DNA of 64,000 nt from Andalucia godoyi And28 (lineage: Eukaryota; Protista; Jakobida), in NCBI GenBank assembly GCA_009859145.1, contig VRVR01000029.1:186001-250000 (forward strand), given 5' to 3'. Within the stretch, counting starts at the first letter, position 1. Every line of letters starts with the position of its first letter. A program made the position numbers and the translations under genes. The notes below the pieces were generated by a model. That model had not been told where the DNA came from, ran no database searches, and saw only the letters and a list, made by a program, of their open reading frames with translations. Shown piece after piece: positions 54,016 to 64,000 of the stretch.

Positions 54016-54513
54016 TTATGTAGCATAGTCTTTACATGAAAACACACCGACCAAAGGATACCTTTTCTTTTCCACAAAGAACTTTTCCCAAGATTCAAGC
54101 GTTGCGATTTCTTTTTCCGACAAGTCTGCGAACGACTTGTCCGTTGGCTTTAGCGAGCTTGTGGCGAGCAGAACGGTTGCATCGCAGCCTGCAAACACAT
54201 TGTACTCACGGCCCTTTGCGTACGCAGGCTGCGAACTCACGTCGTAGACACGGCCGCGGATTCCCACAAGCACGGGCTCGCCCTCGATGGACCCGTCGTA
54301 TCTCGACAGCTCTTCCAGCGTGAATGTCCGTTGTCGCGCTCCACCCCGGCCATTGTCACTGTCACTGTCACTGTCATTGCGATTGTGATTGTGATTGTGA
54401 TTGTCGTTTTGTAATTGGGACCGCGAACTTGTCGAGGTGGCGCCGTCCTCGGCTGGACCCGAGCCGAAAAACCACTTGACTCCAGACACCACTTTGGACA
54501 CGATTCCACTCAT
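54016..54513 (-). CDS. Cytochrome b5-like heme/steroid-binding (MAPR) protein
   Basis: FTLEELSRYDG, V.IRG.VYDVS, Y.....YNVFAG.DAT, L..W..FF..K..YP.VG. Confidence 0.9.
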   Translation of the reverse strand: MSGIVSKVVSGVKWFFGSGPAEDGATSTSSRSQLQNDNHNHNHNRNDSDSDSDNGRGGARQRTFTLEELSRYDGSIEGEPVLVGIRGRVYDVSSQPAYAKGREYNVFAGCDATVLLATSSLKPTDKSFADLSEKEIATLESWEKFFVEKKRYPLVGVFSCKDYAT

Positions 54514-54808
54514 TCTGGGGGGGCGGGGGAGCTACTACCACAAACAACAACAACTACCACTACTACTATTTGCAGTGTCGCGCAAGATGAACTGTGTGGC
54601 TTCGGTACGGATTTCTGGGGAACACTGGACAACACAACACGAAGAACGTCAGAAGGACGAGCACAAATACGGACATTTTCCTTTTGCTTTTTGCGCTCTA
54701 CAGCTGCTGGGGTGGACAGAAGAAAGAGGGAAGGAGACGGAAGAGCTTTTGCTCGGACACAGGACGTAAAATGTTTGTTTAATGAGAGAGGCAAGCACAG
54801 AGTGAATT

Positions 54809-57800
54809 CTATGCCTTCTTGGCCTTCCAGCTGAAGCCAAAGACAAATAATGCACTCAGAACGAAAAACAAAATGTCAAACACAAACTTTGGAGCAAAGA
54901 TCGCCCACATCATCAAATGACGGCGTTCCCACCACACAAACACCAGAGTCATGCAAGCATAGAATCCCCACAGTCCAACATACGTGACACCTGCTACGAC
55001 ACTGGAGAGATTGACGATTTCCTTTCCGTGCCCGTTCTCGGCGTTCCACAGAACACGGGGGAACAAAAGGTACGGAAGAATTGGGGCAACCAGGTTGAAA
55101 AGAACTGGAGCCGAGAACTCGGCGAGCATCAACGGAATACCGGACCATGGAACGGTGTATCCCTTGAATCCAATAAACGCGGCATTCCAATCAATGGTCG
55201 AAAACGTGCACTGGTGTCCGGTTCCAAAGAAATGAGCCAGGCATAGCAACGTCCACAAAACAACGGATGGGATTAGCAAGATAGAATAATGCGCGACATA
55301 CGTTGCGGTTCTTGCGGACCTGTGTTTTCTGCTGGCGTGGCCAGACTGCTCTTCATCTGCCTCCAGTTCATACGGAGCCACGACTCGCAGGTGATGTTCA
55401 GAGTCGTCAATGACTCGGAAATCGAGCAGCTGGTGGAAGATGATGTAGTGCTCGAGAACGAGGATGCTCGCCGCATGGGAGATCATCACAGCAAACGGAC
55501 CCATATTCTGGTGCCCGGATAGAATCATCAACGTTGGGAATAGAGCAAGCGCACGCAGTACAAGGGTCGGCAAAGTGAAGAAGAAACAGCACGCAAACGA
55601 GACCAGATACACAGTTCGGGGCACCCAAATGTCCACCAACAACGGAAACGGATCCAAGAGCTCGGCCAGCACCCAGTACAGGTAAACAAGAACGATGCTG
55701 CCCTGCAGCAACAGGGAAAACTCCTTCTTCTTTTGGAACGGAGGGATTGCCATTCTCAAAACACTGCGAATCACGACAAGTATCACGGTCAAAGTGATCA
55801 CAGCAATGATCGGATTCAATTTCGTATGTTGACTTGGCTCAATTACGTGGGTTTCCAGGGATCTCCAACGGATTCCCATGTGGAACAATCGCGTGCACAA
55901 ACCAGCAACGATGATGCATACCCAAAGTAAGAAGGGTTTCACAGGAGATGCTTTGCTAGGAAGAATTCTCCAGATCGTGCGCACCTGAACAAGCCACATT
56001 GTTGCCAAGCAAAACGTCGTGAGTTTGTCCTCCTGAACAATATACGAGTTGGAAAACAACCCATGACAGCGAATCAGCACGACTGAAACAGTGGACCAAA
56101 CACGAAGGGACGACCAGGATGGAAGGAGTGGAATTCTCTTGTCCTTGGACGACAGGTACACCAATGTCGGACGACTAACCGGAATTGACACCAGCCGGAA
56201 AGGCGACATCGCATCCATCCTCAGTCGAATGCAAATGGCAAACACGAAGCCAATACAGGAAAACAGAGCCACAATGCTTGCAAAGTGCGTCGCGTGAAGT
56301 GCGGGAACAAATGGACGCAGTTGCATTTCATCCAGCAATACACCACAAAACAACCCTACCAATCCAAACACAAAGACTGCTCTGCGCGGCCAAAAGATGC
56401 TCGTTTTCACATGGACAAGAACCGAGACAAACGCAGCACACGTTCCGCATGCAACCAGCACTGTAGTAAGTCCCAGCACCATTCCAAACAGATCAAACTC
56501 CGCCCACTGCTCTCTGCATACTTGGTGAATTGCGGCCATGTATTCATCAATCAAGAACGACGCCGCAAACAAGAAGAATGTCTTCGTCCCCAGCTCCTTT
56601 TCATTCAGATTTTTGGTTGAGAACCCTGAAATCAAAGGTGCCATCTTCTGCTGCACAGCAAAATAGATATCATGTGCTTCATCCAGAGGGAGTTTGTGAG
56701 CAAGCCTTGCATACTCCTGGACGTATCGATGGATCTGGAAAGCGTTCACCAATTGCGAATCCAACAATGCATAGAACCCTGTCGCCAATTCCTCGATCGT
56801 GGCCTTGTTTCCGGACTCCAGCAGCTGCTCGACCTTGGATGCCAGCAACTCGAACTTTTCCGAAATTCTAGCAAACCTTCCTGACAGTGGCGATTTCGAT
56901 TGCGCTCCAAACAGACCTTCCAGTGTCGAACCGACAAAGTCGCGCACTGCCTGCCGCGACGACACCAGCTTCTGGAGTTCAGGATCCTGCATGTTTGTCT
57001 CGTACTGCTCCGCGTACCGAGACATATACGGCTCGAACGAAGTACTCGCAGCCTGGGTGCCCCTCCAAAGAGACCGAAGATACCGGCCACCGAGCGAAAA
57101 CGCAACCTCTGGTATCATGCGCCCGATGTTTGCAAACGGGATAGGAAGTCCAAAAACATAGCAAATCGTGGGGACAAAGTCCACTTGGGGAATCACGGGG
57201 AACGGAAGAATCAAACCAAAGGGGTCCGTGGCAGTTCTTGTGGACATGTCGTGTACAGAGAGTCTCCTGAAATCTCTTAGCAGTTCACGAATCTCTTCGT
57301 TTTCAGAAAAGAAGGGGAGGTCTTTCGAATACCAGAACAGAAGGGAATCCACTTCCAGGGACGATGCACCACCGTGATCTCCCGTGTCCGTCATTCCATG
57401 GTCACCGAACATGATGAACACAGTATTCTTCGGCTGATGGTCAATTGCTCTTCGCAGCTCCGTGTCGTAATGGGATGCGCGTTCGGCCATGTTTGGATCG
57501 TGAACGGAGTACCGATGACCCGCATGATCCAATCCGAGATAATGCAAAATGAGCAATTCCCACGGACCGTTCTCCTTTGCAAGCTCCTGCAGCTTGTACT
57601 GATCGACGACTTCATCAACAGTGTATAGATCAAACACGTTCAGACTTGGTCCATTGTGGATGCGAGCAATTCGATCGTCTGAAAACAGAAGCGACCACAT
57701 CTCATCTCCAATTTGGACGACTGTGCGATTCTGATCTCGCAGATGATCCAACCACGTGTCCTCGGTCAAGTTGTCGTTGTCAAACTGGGTGCCTACATCA

Positions 57801-58204
57801 ATAAACGTCGGAAGACTGCCCGTCGTGATTCCCTTCAGCCTTTGATAGGTAGCTGTGGGCGCATCCGCCACAAACTTGGAAAACGACGCCCGAGACGGCT
57901 CTTTCTGAAGCAGTGATCGCACAAACTTGAACTTTCCGCGATACGTGTCATCCTCAGGGACCACGACTGACGGATCAGCCATGTCATACCGAAGTCCATC
58001 CACGCAAACAAGAACCATATTGTCAAACTTGCGGCGCGCCCAGTCCGAAGCGTGTGCGATGTCCCTGGACGTCGACCGCGCCTCCAGCGTCGTCCTTGTC
58101 AGCAGAAACCCAGCCGTGAAACACACAATTCCAGCCACAAACGCAAGGAAAAAGAACAACGAAACCTGCGAAATATGATGCAGTCGAACGAATCGGACCG
58201 CCAT
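54809..58204 (-). CDS. PIGO: GPI ethanolamine phosphate transferase 3 (PIG-O/Gpi13)
   Basis: VDGLRYD, ADAPTAT.QRLKGITTGSLPTFID.G, HYLGLDH.GH, GDHGMT..GDHGG, QVDFVPT, GHQCTFSTIDW, ERRHLMMW.IFAPKF; probable ATG at 58204. Confidence 0.96.
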   Translation of the reverse strand: MAVRFVRLHHISQVSLFFFLAFVAGIVCFTAGFLLTRTTLEARSTSRDIAHASDWARRKFDNMVLVCVDGLRYDMADPSVVVPEDDTYRGKFKFVRSLLQKEPSRASFSKFVADAPTATYQRLKGITTGSLPTFIDVGTQFDNDNLTEDTWLDHLRDQNRTVVQIGDEMWSLLFSDDRIARIHNGPSLNVFDLYTVDEVVDQYKLQELAKENGPWELLILHYLGLDHAGHRYSVHDPNMAERASHYDTELRRAIDHQPKNTVFIMFGDHGMTDTGDHGGASSLEVDSLLFWYSKDLPFFSENEEIRELLRDFRRLSVHDMSTRTATDPFGLILPFPVIPQVDFVPTICYVFGLPIPFANIGRMIPEVAFSLGGRYLRSLWRGTQAASTSFEPYMSRYAEQYETNMQDPELQKLVSSRQAVRDFVGSTLEGLFGAQSKSPLSGRFARISEKFELLASKVEQLLESGNKATIEELATGFYALLDSQLVNAFQIHRYVQEYARLAHKLPLDEAHDIYFAVQQKMAPLISGFSTKNLNEKELGTKTFFLFAASFLIDEYMAAIHQVCREQWAEFDLFGMVLGLTTVLVACGTCAAFVSVLVHVKTSIFWPRRAVFVFGLVGLFCGVLLDEMQLRPFVPALHATHFASIVALFSCIGFVFAICIRLRMDAMSPFRLVSIPVSRPTLVYLSSKDKRIPLLPSWSSLRVWSTVSVVLIRCHGLFSNSYIVQEDKLTTFCLATMWLVQVRTIWRILPSKASPVKPFLLWVCIIVAGLCTRLFHMGIRWRSLETHVIEPSQHTKLNPIIAVITLTVILVVIRSVLRMAIPPFQKKKEFSLLLQGSIVLVYLYWVLAELLDPFPLLVDIWVPRTVYLVSFACCFFFTLPTLVLRALALFPTLMILSGHQNMGPFAVMISHAASILVLEHYIIFHQLLDFRVIDDSEHHLRVVAPYELEADEEQSGHASRKHRSARTATYVAHYSILLIPSVVLWTLLCLAHFFGTGHQCTFSTIDWNAAFIGFKGYTVPWSGIPLMLAEFSAPVLFNLVAPILPYLLFPRVLWNAENGHGKEIVNLSSVVAGVTYVGLWGFYACMTLVFVWWERRHLMMWAIFAPKFVFDILFFVLSALFVFGFSWKAKKA

Positions 58205-58448
58205 TTTCACTCCCTTCTTTTTCTTCTCTCCCGCGTACAAGATCGGCACACACGAACACGAACAAGCCCCGACAGAAGCTGTTCGAGAAGGAAGTCACGT
58301 CTTTTATCGTTGTAATGTCAAGCTATCCTTATTTTCTTTCACATAATAGATTTTTCCAATTGCAGAAATCAGAAAGCGAGCAGGTTTCGGAAAGCCACTT
58401 CCACTTGTCAAGTGGAGGCCTTACGGACGTTTTCAAGATTGAGCATGT

Positions 58449-58452
<4 letters not shown>

Positions 58453-58500
<48 letters not shown>
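58453..58500. repeat. (AC)24 microsatellite
   Basis: Direct reading; similar (AC)n/(GT)n tracts near 1580, 9775, 26260, 49345 and 60865. Confidence 0.95.
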
Positions 58501-58503
<3 letters not shown>

Positions 58504-58585
58504 CGCGCGCGAGAGCGAGAGAGCGAGACGGAAATGGGGAACAGTGGGAAAAGAGAGCGTTTTACGAGGTCAGAGAGGGAGACTG

Positions 58586-60834
58586 TTACTTTTTGGGGTT
58601 GAACATGGACAGAGCAGGAGCGTCTCGGCTTGCCATGACCCATTCGTTGACTGTGACGATCACAAGTGACATGATAAAATATTAATTTAAAAAACAAACA
58701 AACAAACTAACGAACTAACTAACAAACAAACCGAAACCCTTTAGGCGACGACGACTTGGGAAATAACACAAACCACAAAACACATACCGGAAAAAATGTC
58801 CATCGCGGTCTGAAACGCAGACTGAATCACGCAGTGCTTCACGACGTACGCATCGACCACAGACGTACTTTGCCGTCCATCACTCACTTCGGCCAAGAGG
58901 TTCGAAACTGCAAGAATAGAAAACATGGCGAAAAAATATCGTAAGAACACCGTCGACATGTGGAGAGAGAGAGAACCAAAAGATGACCACATACGATAGG
59001 TGTCGATATCGGAAGGATCAAAGTTTGCTCGAAGCGTCCGAGGAATGGATAGAAAACTGCTCATCAACGAAACAGTCAAGTCGGAAGCGTCAGCCTTGAT
59101 GACACGAGAATGCACCTGTAATTCTGCAATTCCAGCGCCACTCACTGCACGAAACGCACTTTGGATGCACGACTTGAGATAGTGGAGTGAATATTGCACC
59201 AATCTCTCCGTTTCTTCGAGGGTTTGTTGTGAGAATCCACGGATCACCAGTGTTTTCTGCAGACGAAAAGACAAGACACATTAGTCACAAACTAATAGAA
59301 TGACGAAGTTGCACAAAGACACGTACAAAGGAACGAAAACCAGCACAAGTCGCAGGACCGGGAGTCAAGGGCGATGTACATTGGAGAAATGTTGAATTCC
59401 CAAGATCGACCATCGATGCTGTTTTGAAGAGACCAACATCTGACAGACGAGGAAGCAAAGGTGGTGGGAAAGAAAACAAATAAGCAGGTTGTCAGAGCAA
59501 AAGGGACGGACGGAGGATGCAACACAAGGGTGAATGCACAAACAACTAGCAAAACATACCTCTTGGAGAAAGATCCTCCACCATTGCACGAATGGTGCAT
59601 TTGCACAGATCTGCGAGTCGGCGCAACTGCGGTTTTGGAACCCGCTCTCGCACAATGCGCACGCCGGCCTTCCGCAGATGATATGCCGTAACGCGCGACA
59701 CTTGTCCAGAGCAGAATACTGCGGAAATCCCGAGCTTCGTCATATGCGATGCTAAAAGGGACAGATACAGCGATTTCGTTGACTCCAACGACAGCATTTC
59801 CATGGAAGACGATGCCACAGCATAGTTGTTCGTTCTCCGAAACTCGATGTCATCCGAGATAAGACACACTCGGAAATCTGCAGCATTCGGCGCTGCACTG
59901 TTTAACGGTGGTCCCACATCCACCCCAGCAACCATGACGCCATCGAAGACAGCCGAGGATGCAGCAGCAGCACCGTCTGCAGCGACAATCCCAATTCTGT
60001 CTATTCTTTGCATTATGTCGTCGTCCACGGAACCGTCGTCGTCAACACTTGCTACCCGTGAAGAAAAGAGCGCATGTATTAGCATGTCAGAAACAACACG
60101 GCCATCAACGCCCACTTTGGTCTGCAGCATATCTCGAAGACACTGGCACGCTGCATTTTTGATATCATGCTCATCCGCAGCGACAGAAAACGCAACACTA
60201 TCCAGCGCATGCAAGCAGGATTCCTGGAGCAGTCGCAGCTGCGCAATAACATCAGACTTTGCGTGCCCTTGTCGCACAAGGTTCACACACGACTTTCTAA
60301 TACGAAATCATCATCAGCAATAAAACATCGACATACACAACGCAGCGCAATGGCGAAGGAGTGTACACCCCCGCTTGATTCCACCAACTGAAACTCACAA
60401 ACCAAAAGCACATACAAGATCGAGGAGCACAACAAGACAAGAGACGTCGTTCCATCTCCGGCATGTTCTTGTACCGTTCTTGCGGTTTCCAAGATGAGAG
60501 AAATGCACGGATGGCTGTTTTGTATGAACAGGGAGCTAGCAATCGTGGATCCATCTGCAGAATAAACAAATCTAGAGAGGACCGATCGAAGAGGGAGAGC
60601 GAGACAGCGAGGTAAGAACATCGTTGAATAAGTATGGGTTCTTCTTTCTTCTTCTTTTCGGGGTGACTAGGCAGTTCATGGAGATCGACAGACAGCCCAA
60701 TGCGCAAAGTTATCATACTTGTCCAATTTCTTGACGTACAAGAGCTTCGATCGCGCAAAAGGGCCAAAAGATGGCGAAAGAAACGACAACAGAGCATCCA
60801 AGGATGCAGATAGAGCTGCGAGGGATTGGTCCAT
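58586..60834 (-). CDS. Divergent group II chaperonin-like protein (BBS6/BBS10/BBS12-type CCT offshoot), 7 exons: complement(join(58586..58650,58788..58907,58995..59256,59327..59439,59560..60296,60416..60571,60719..60834))
   Basis: SFGP...SK, HP, AGDGTTS, TLVIRG....LEETER, V.GAG..E, VVD...VK. Six GT-AG introns, all phase-consistent; spliced length 1569 nt (522 aa). Confidence 0.85.
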
Positions 60835-60992
60835 TGCGCCGCCCCCCACCCTCCCGAACCCTACCTCCACACACACACACGCACACACACACACACACAC
60901 ACACACGTACGCGCGCAAAACTCTGTCTCTCACAGACTCGCACGCACCATAATAAAGAATGGCAGCCGAGATGCAAAAAAAATTAAAATATT

Positions 60993-60998
60993 AAAAAA
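60993..60998 (-). terminator. RNA polymerase III terminator (T6) of the tRNA gene
   Basis: TTTTTT on the - strand 5 nt after the discriminator base, with further T-runs beyond. Confidence 0.8.
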
Positions 60999-61003
60999 TT
61001 GAG

Positions 61004-61077
61004 CGATCATGGCAGGACTCGAACCTGCAACCTCCTAATTCGTAGTCAGATGCGCTATCCAATTACGCCACACGACC
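61004..61077 (-). tRNA. trnR-ACG: tRNA-Arg(ACG), intronless, no encoded CCA
   Basis: GGTCGTG TG GCGT AATTGGATA GCGC A TCTGA CTACGAA TTAGG AGGTT GCAGG TTCGAGT CCTGC CATGATC G folds into a full cloverleaf with A and B boxes. Confidence 0.96.
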
Positions 61078-61729
61078 GCAGATAGAGGAGGTGCGGTGTA
61101 AAAATGGATAAATGGAATCTTTCTATTTCGAGGGAGATTGCAAAGCAGACGCCATGATCTTGCGGGAAACCAACGGCCAAACAGCAGAAAAGCACATGCG
61201 AGCAAAAATCCATCAGCTGCAAGACTTTGAAGGGCGACCTGATAGCACGGGATGAGCAAAACCTGAACTGGTCGTAGAGGGAAGACCACCTTGGGATTCC
61301 CGTGTTTGGTAGCATAGGCTGTGTATTCGACGACGTTGGAACTTGAATCAATTTCCCGAAACACACGACATCACCCCGTATCAGTTTGCCTGTAATGGCA
61401 AGAACAGTCCGCCTGCTGTGCTTGATCAGGTAAGACAAGCGGGGCAAGCGACTTCCTGTTCCTCTGACAACTTGTCACCACCTGTCAAATCCAGGTTACC
61501 CACTCCGACAACCGGCCCCCATCCTCCTCAGTACGTGGCCAATAATTAAAGTCGTAGAATCTCGAGTCTTTCTATCCAATCGTCCATATTTGTGATTTCC
61601 CCCTTCAATCTCGTATTCTGGCCTTTAAGTTTATGGCTTCTTGGCTCATTTCTCTTGTTTTTCTTGCACTGCACCCGCCCCCCTGACTCCGCTTTCTACC
61701 ATATTTAAAAAAGAAAAAGAATTGTTTGA

Positions 61730-63676
61730 ATGGAAACTCATTTGCGTCTCGATATTTCTGAAGACGAATTCGATCTTTGGCTTCCTAATTTCGCAAGTTC
61801 AGCAGCATCAGCAGGAGCAGCAGCAGGAACAGGAGCAGGAGCAGGAGCAGCAGCCGCGGCTTTCCCTCTCCAGCATTCCTTACCTTTTCAGTTGCAGAAT
61901 CTCCCATCGCTGATCCAGGTTCCGCACCTTCTTCATCTCCCCTCGAATCTCCATATCAATAACACCGATATCGGCCTCAGCAACTGTGATCCCATTAACT
62001 CCAGCAGCAGTAGCAGTAGCAGCAGTAGCAGTAGCAGCAGCAGCAACGGTATTAGTAGTGGCAACGGCAATAGTAGAAGTAGTAGTTCCAACATTCTTCA
62101 GGATTGCAACAACGCCAACTATGTTCATGCAGCTCCACAAATAACACTGGGTATTCCTCAGATTGCGATTAGTTCGATTCCGTTCGCAAATCCGTCCTTT
62201 ATGATGAATTCAGTCCAGTCCTTTCAGCCTTCCAGCACTCTGCATCCACCGAAATCGTCCCCGTCTGTCGGAATTTCATTTCCCACAGAGGGGCATGAAG
62301 GTGGTGAGCGGCCATCGTCGAACAGTAACAGCAATAGTAATAATACGCTGCAGATTCCGTTCCAAAGACAAAGCAGTAACAACTCTCAATTTGGCGCGTC
62401 TCCAGGGTCCACACGATCGCCTTTTTCGGCAGCCACGGAAAGCGAGAGTCTGTCTGATTTGCAGTTGTTTTCCACGGCGTTTGACGCGTCAAGTCCACGA
62501 TATGCATTATCGCCGCAAGTCCAGATTGCGTCACCTGTGCTCAGCGGAGAGGAACGAGTGAAAGCAGCCATTCGCACCGGGGACCTTGGATATCTGTTGT
62601 GGACGGATGAAGCTTCCGGAGATTTTGCTGGGCCTGTCAGCAGTTCAGGAAGTTCGCCAAATGCAGGAAAATCGCCAGGAGAAGTATCGGAGAGCGAAGA
62701 GGCAGTCAGGAAGCTAGTGCAAGGAATCGTGTCTGAGGAAGTACTGGCGATGCTGAAGCTGCTAGTGAACGGTCAGGAGGAAATGAGAACCGAAATCGCT
62801 CATGCATTGCATGCAGTGCTCACTGCAATCTCGTCAACAGGTCCTTCGCTGTATCTGTCAGATGCATTTCTTGCGCCCAGTGCAGCTTCCGGCTCCGAGG
62901 TTCGCGCATCGCCATCGACGCTGAATCCTTCTCCAGGAGCCCCATTAGCAGCAGCAGCGACGGCAATGATGAGGGACTATTCTCTGGGCACAATGCTGTC
63001 TATGAATGGGCCTTCATCGAGTTTGAATTCACTTTCACTTCCAGCACCAGCGATGTTTGCGCCTCACCAGCATTCTCCGAGTCAGCGACCAACATCGCCG
63101 AGACCACCCATGCAGCATGGGCGCTCGTCGTCCCATTATCACCAAGGAGGAGAGACACGCTCGCACTCCCGTTCTCCTGCGGAAAAGGACAACAAAATTG
63201 GTGTTGAGGCATGGAATCTACCGGTGTATACCCCCCGGAGAACACGGCTGCGCAGTCATTCGCCGAGATTTTACGTCGTTGCGATCGACGCAAAGACCGT
63301 TACAACAATCGAGTCACGGCGTAGAACCCTGCGGTCCCATCCGCAGTTGTCTGTCTGGGCGCCGACTGCACGCCCGCACCATTCGCATGTTTTGAAATTG
63401 TATTACCGGTCGCAGGATGCTCGCGACATTATGCAGTCCAAGGAAGAGAGCGCAGGCGCCGAAGCGGTCACCACGAACGCCACTGAACCAGTTCTGATCC
63501 CTGCATTGGCAATGGTATCACTGCGCAACGAAATCAAGGCACAGAACGGAAAAAGGAAGCGAAGCAACAGCATCGAGCCGCTGTCCCCGAGCGTTGGGGA
63601 CGAAGACAATGAAATTGATGATTTTAGCGGTGTCGACGAGGAGCCTGGTGCGAAGCGTTTCAAACAATGCGATTGA
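61730..63676 (+). CDS. Hypothetical low-complexity protein (648 aa), possibly nuclear
   Basis: Long ATG ORF; poly-Ala/Ser/Asn runs; ordered-looking segment near the C-terminus; KRKRS and PGAKRFK NLS-like motifs. Confidence 0.78.
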   Translation: METHLRLDISEDEFDLWLPNFASSAASAGAAAGTGAGAGAAAAAFPLQHSLPFQLQNLPSLIQVPHLLHLPSNLHINNTDIGLSNCDPINSSSSSSSSSSSSSSSNGISSGNGNSRSSSSNILQDCNNANYVHAAPQITLGIPQIAISSIPFANPSFMMNSVQSFQPSSTLHPPKSSPSVGISFPTEGHEGGERPSSNSNSNSNNTLQIPFQRQSSNNSQFGASPGSTRSPFSAATESESLSDLQLFSTAFDASSPRYALSPQVQIASPVLSGEERVKAAIRTGDLGYLLWTDEASGDFAGPVSSSGSSPNAGKSPGEVSESEEAVRKLVQGIVSEEVLAMLKLLVNGQEEMRTEIAHALHAVLTAISSTGPSLYLSDAFLAPSAASGSEVRASPSTLNPSPGAPLAAAATAMMRDYSLGTMLSMNGPSSSLNSLSLPAPAMFAPHQHSPSQRPTSPRPPMQHGRSSSHYHQGGETRSHSRSPAEKDNKIGVEAWNLPVYTPRRTRLRSHSPRFYVVAIDAKTVTTIESRRRTLRSHPQLSVWAPTARPHHSHVLKLYYRSQDARDIMQSKEESAGAEAVTTNATEPVLIPALAMVSLRNEIKAQNGKRKRSNSIEPLSPSVGDEDNEIDDFSGVDEEPGAKRFKQCD

Positions 63677-63770
63677 ATCGCAGAATTCAAAAAATAATAT
63701 GTGTTTTTAGGTGTTTAGGTGGTATTGTAAATATTGATTCCGATTGGAGGAAAAAGTTGGAAAGGCATTT

Positions 63771-64000
63771 CTAGGATTGATTCAGCGATTTCCCCTGCGA
63801 TGCGAGAAGCTCGCAAACCCGTTCGTAACGAAGACGGATGTACCGTGGAGGCATGCATGCAGTTACGCACAGTGCCGACGTGCAGAGACCGATCATGACC
63901 CAACCAAGAAGCTCGCCATCCTCTGCAATGCTGTAGACCGCAAGCGTGATCAGTCCATGGGCGTTGGCGCCAAGCATCAGCAAGTTTCCACCACGCTCTT
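63771..64000 (-). CDS. 3' part of a membrane protein whose 5' end lies beyond the window
   Basis: The frame is open to the window edge (ERGGNLLMLGANAHGLITLAVYSI...WVMIGLCTSALCVTACM); two hydrophobic segments. Confidence 0.5.
   Translation of the reverse strand, partial: ERGGNLLMLGANAHGLITLAVYSIAEDGELLGWVMIGLCTSALCVTACMPPRYIRLRYERVCELLASQGKSLNQS

Noticed and set aside
61427-61434. U1 snRNA 5' end (CTTACCTG on the minus strand)
   Set aside because: No U1-70K or U1A loops, Sm site or four-way junction follows; it is simply the complement of a CAG/GTAAG donor-like word

Overview
This is eukaryotic nuclear DNA from a compact, gene-dense, intron-poor genome. It holds about 40 protein-coding genes, one tRNA-Arg(ACG) and many microsatellites, and uses the standard genetic code (TAA, TAG and TGA all end conserved genes). 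Gene content points to an aerobic, mitochondriate, flagellated, non-opisthokont protist: COQ3, a COX4-like subunit, a mitochondrial Deg protease, LRRC34, a BBS-type chaperonin and an EF-1alpha lacking the opisthokont insertion. Exact taxonomy cannot be fixed from the window. Manual splicing recovered 14 GT-AG introns, 10 of them with a yeast-like GTATGT donor. It also recovered genes the ORF track misses or breaks: a 66-aa COX4-like protein, Elongin A with a BC-box first exon, a 7-exon chaperonin-like gene, TRAPPC1, TMEM222 and DSC3. The most interesting items are a SET-domain methyltransferase with a signal peptide, a divergent EF-1alpha paralog, two bacterial-looking enzymes and strongly purine/(GA)n-rich leaders before most start codons. 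Several coding-like islands have no intact ORF. No transposon, virus or CRISPR array is evident, and I did not find a single multi-gene novel system I can support. All family assignments come from motif recognition by eye, not from database searches.
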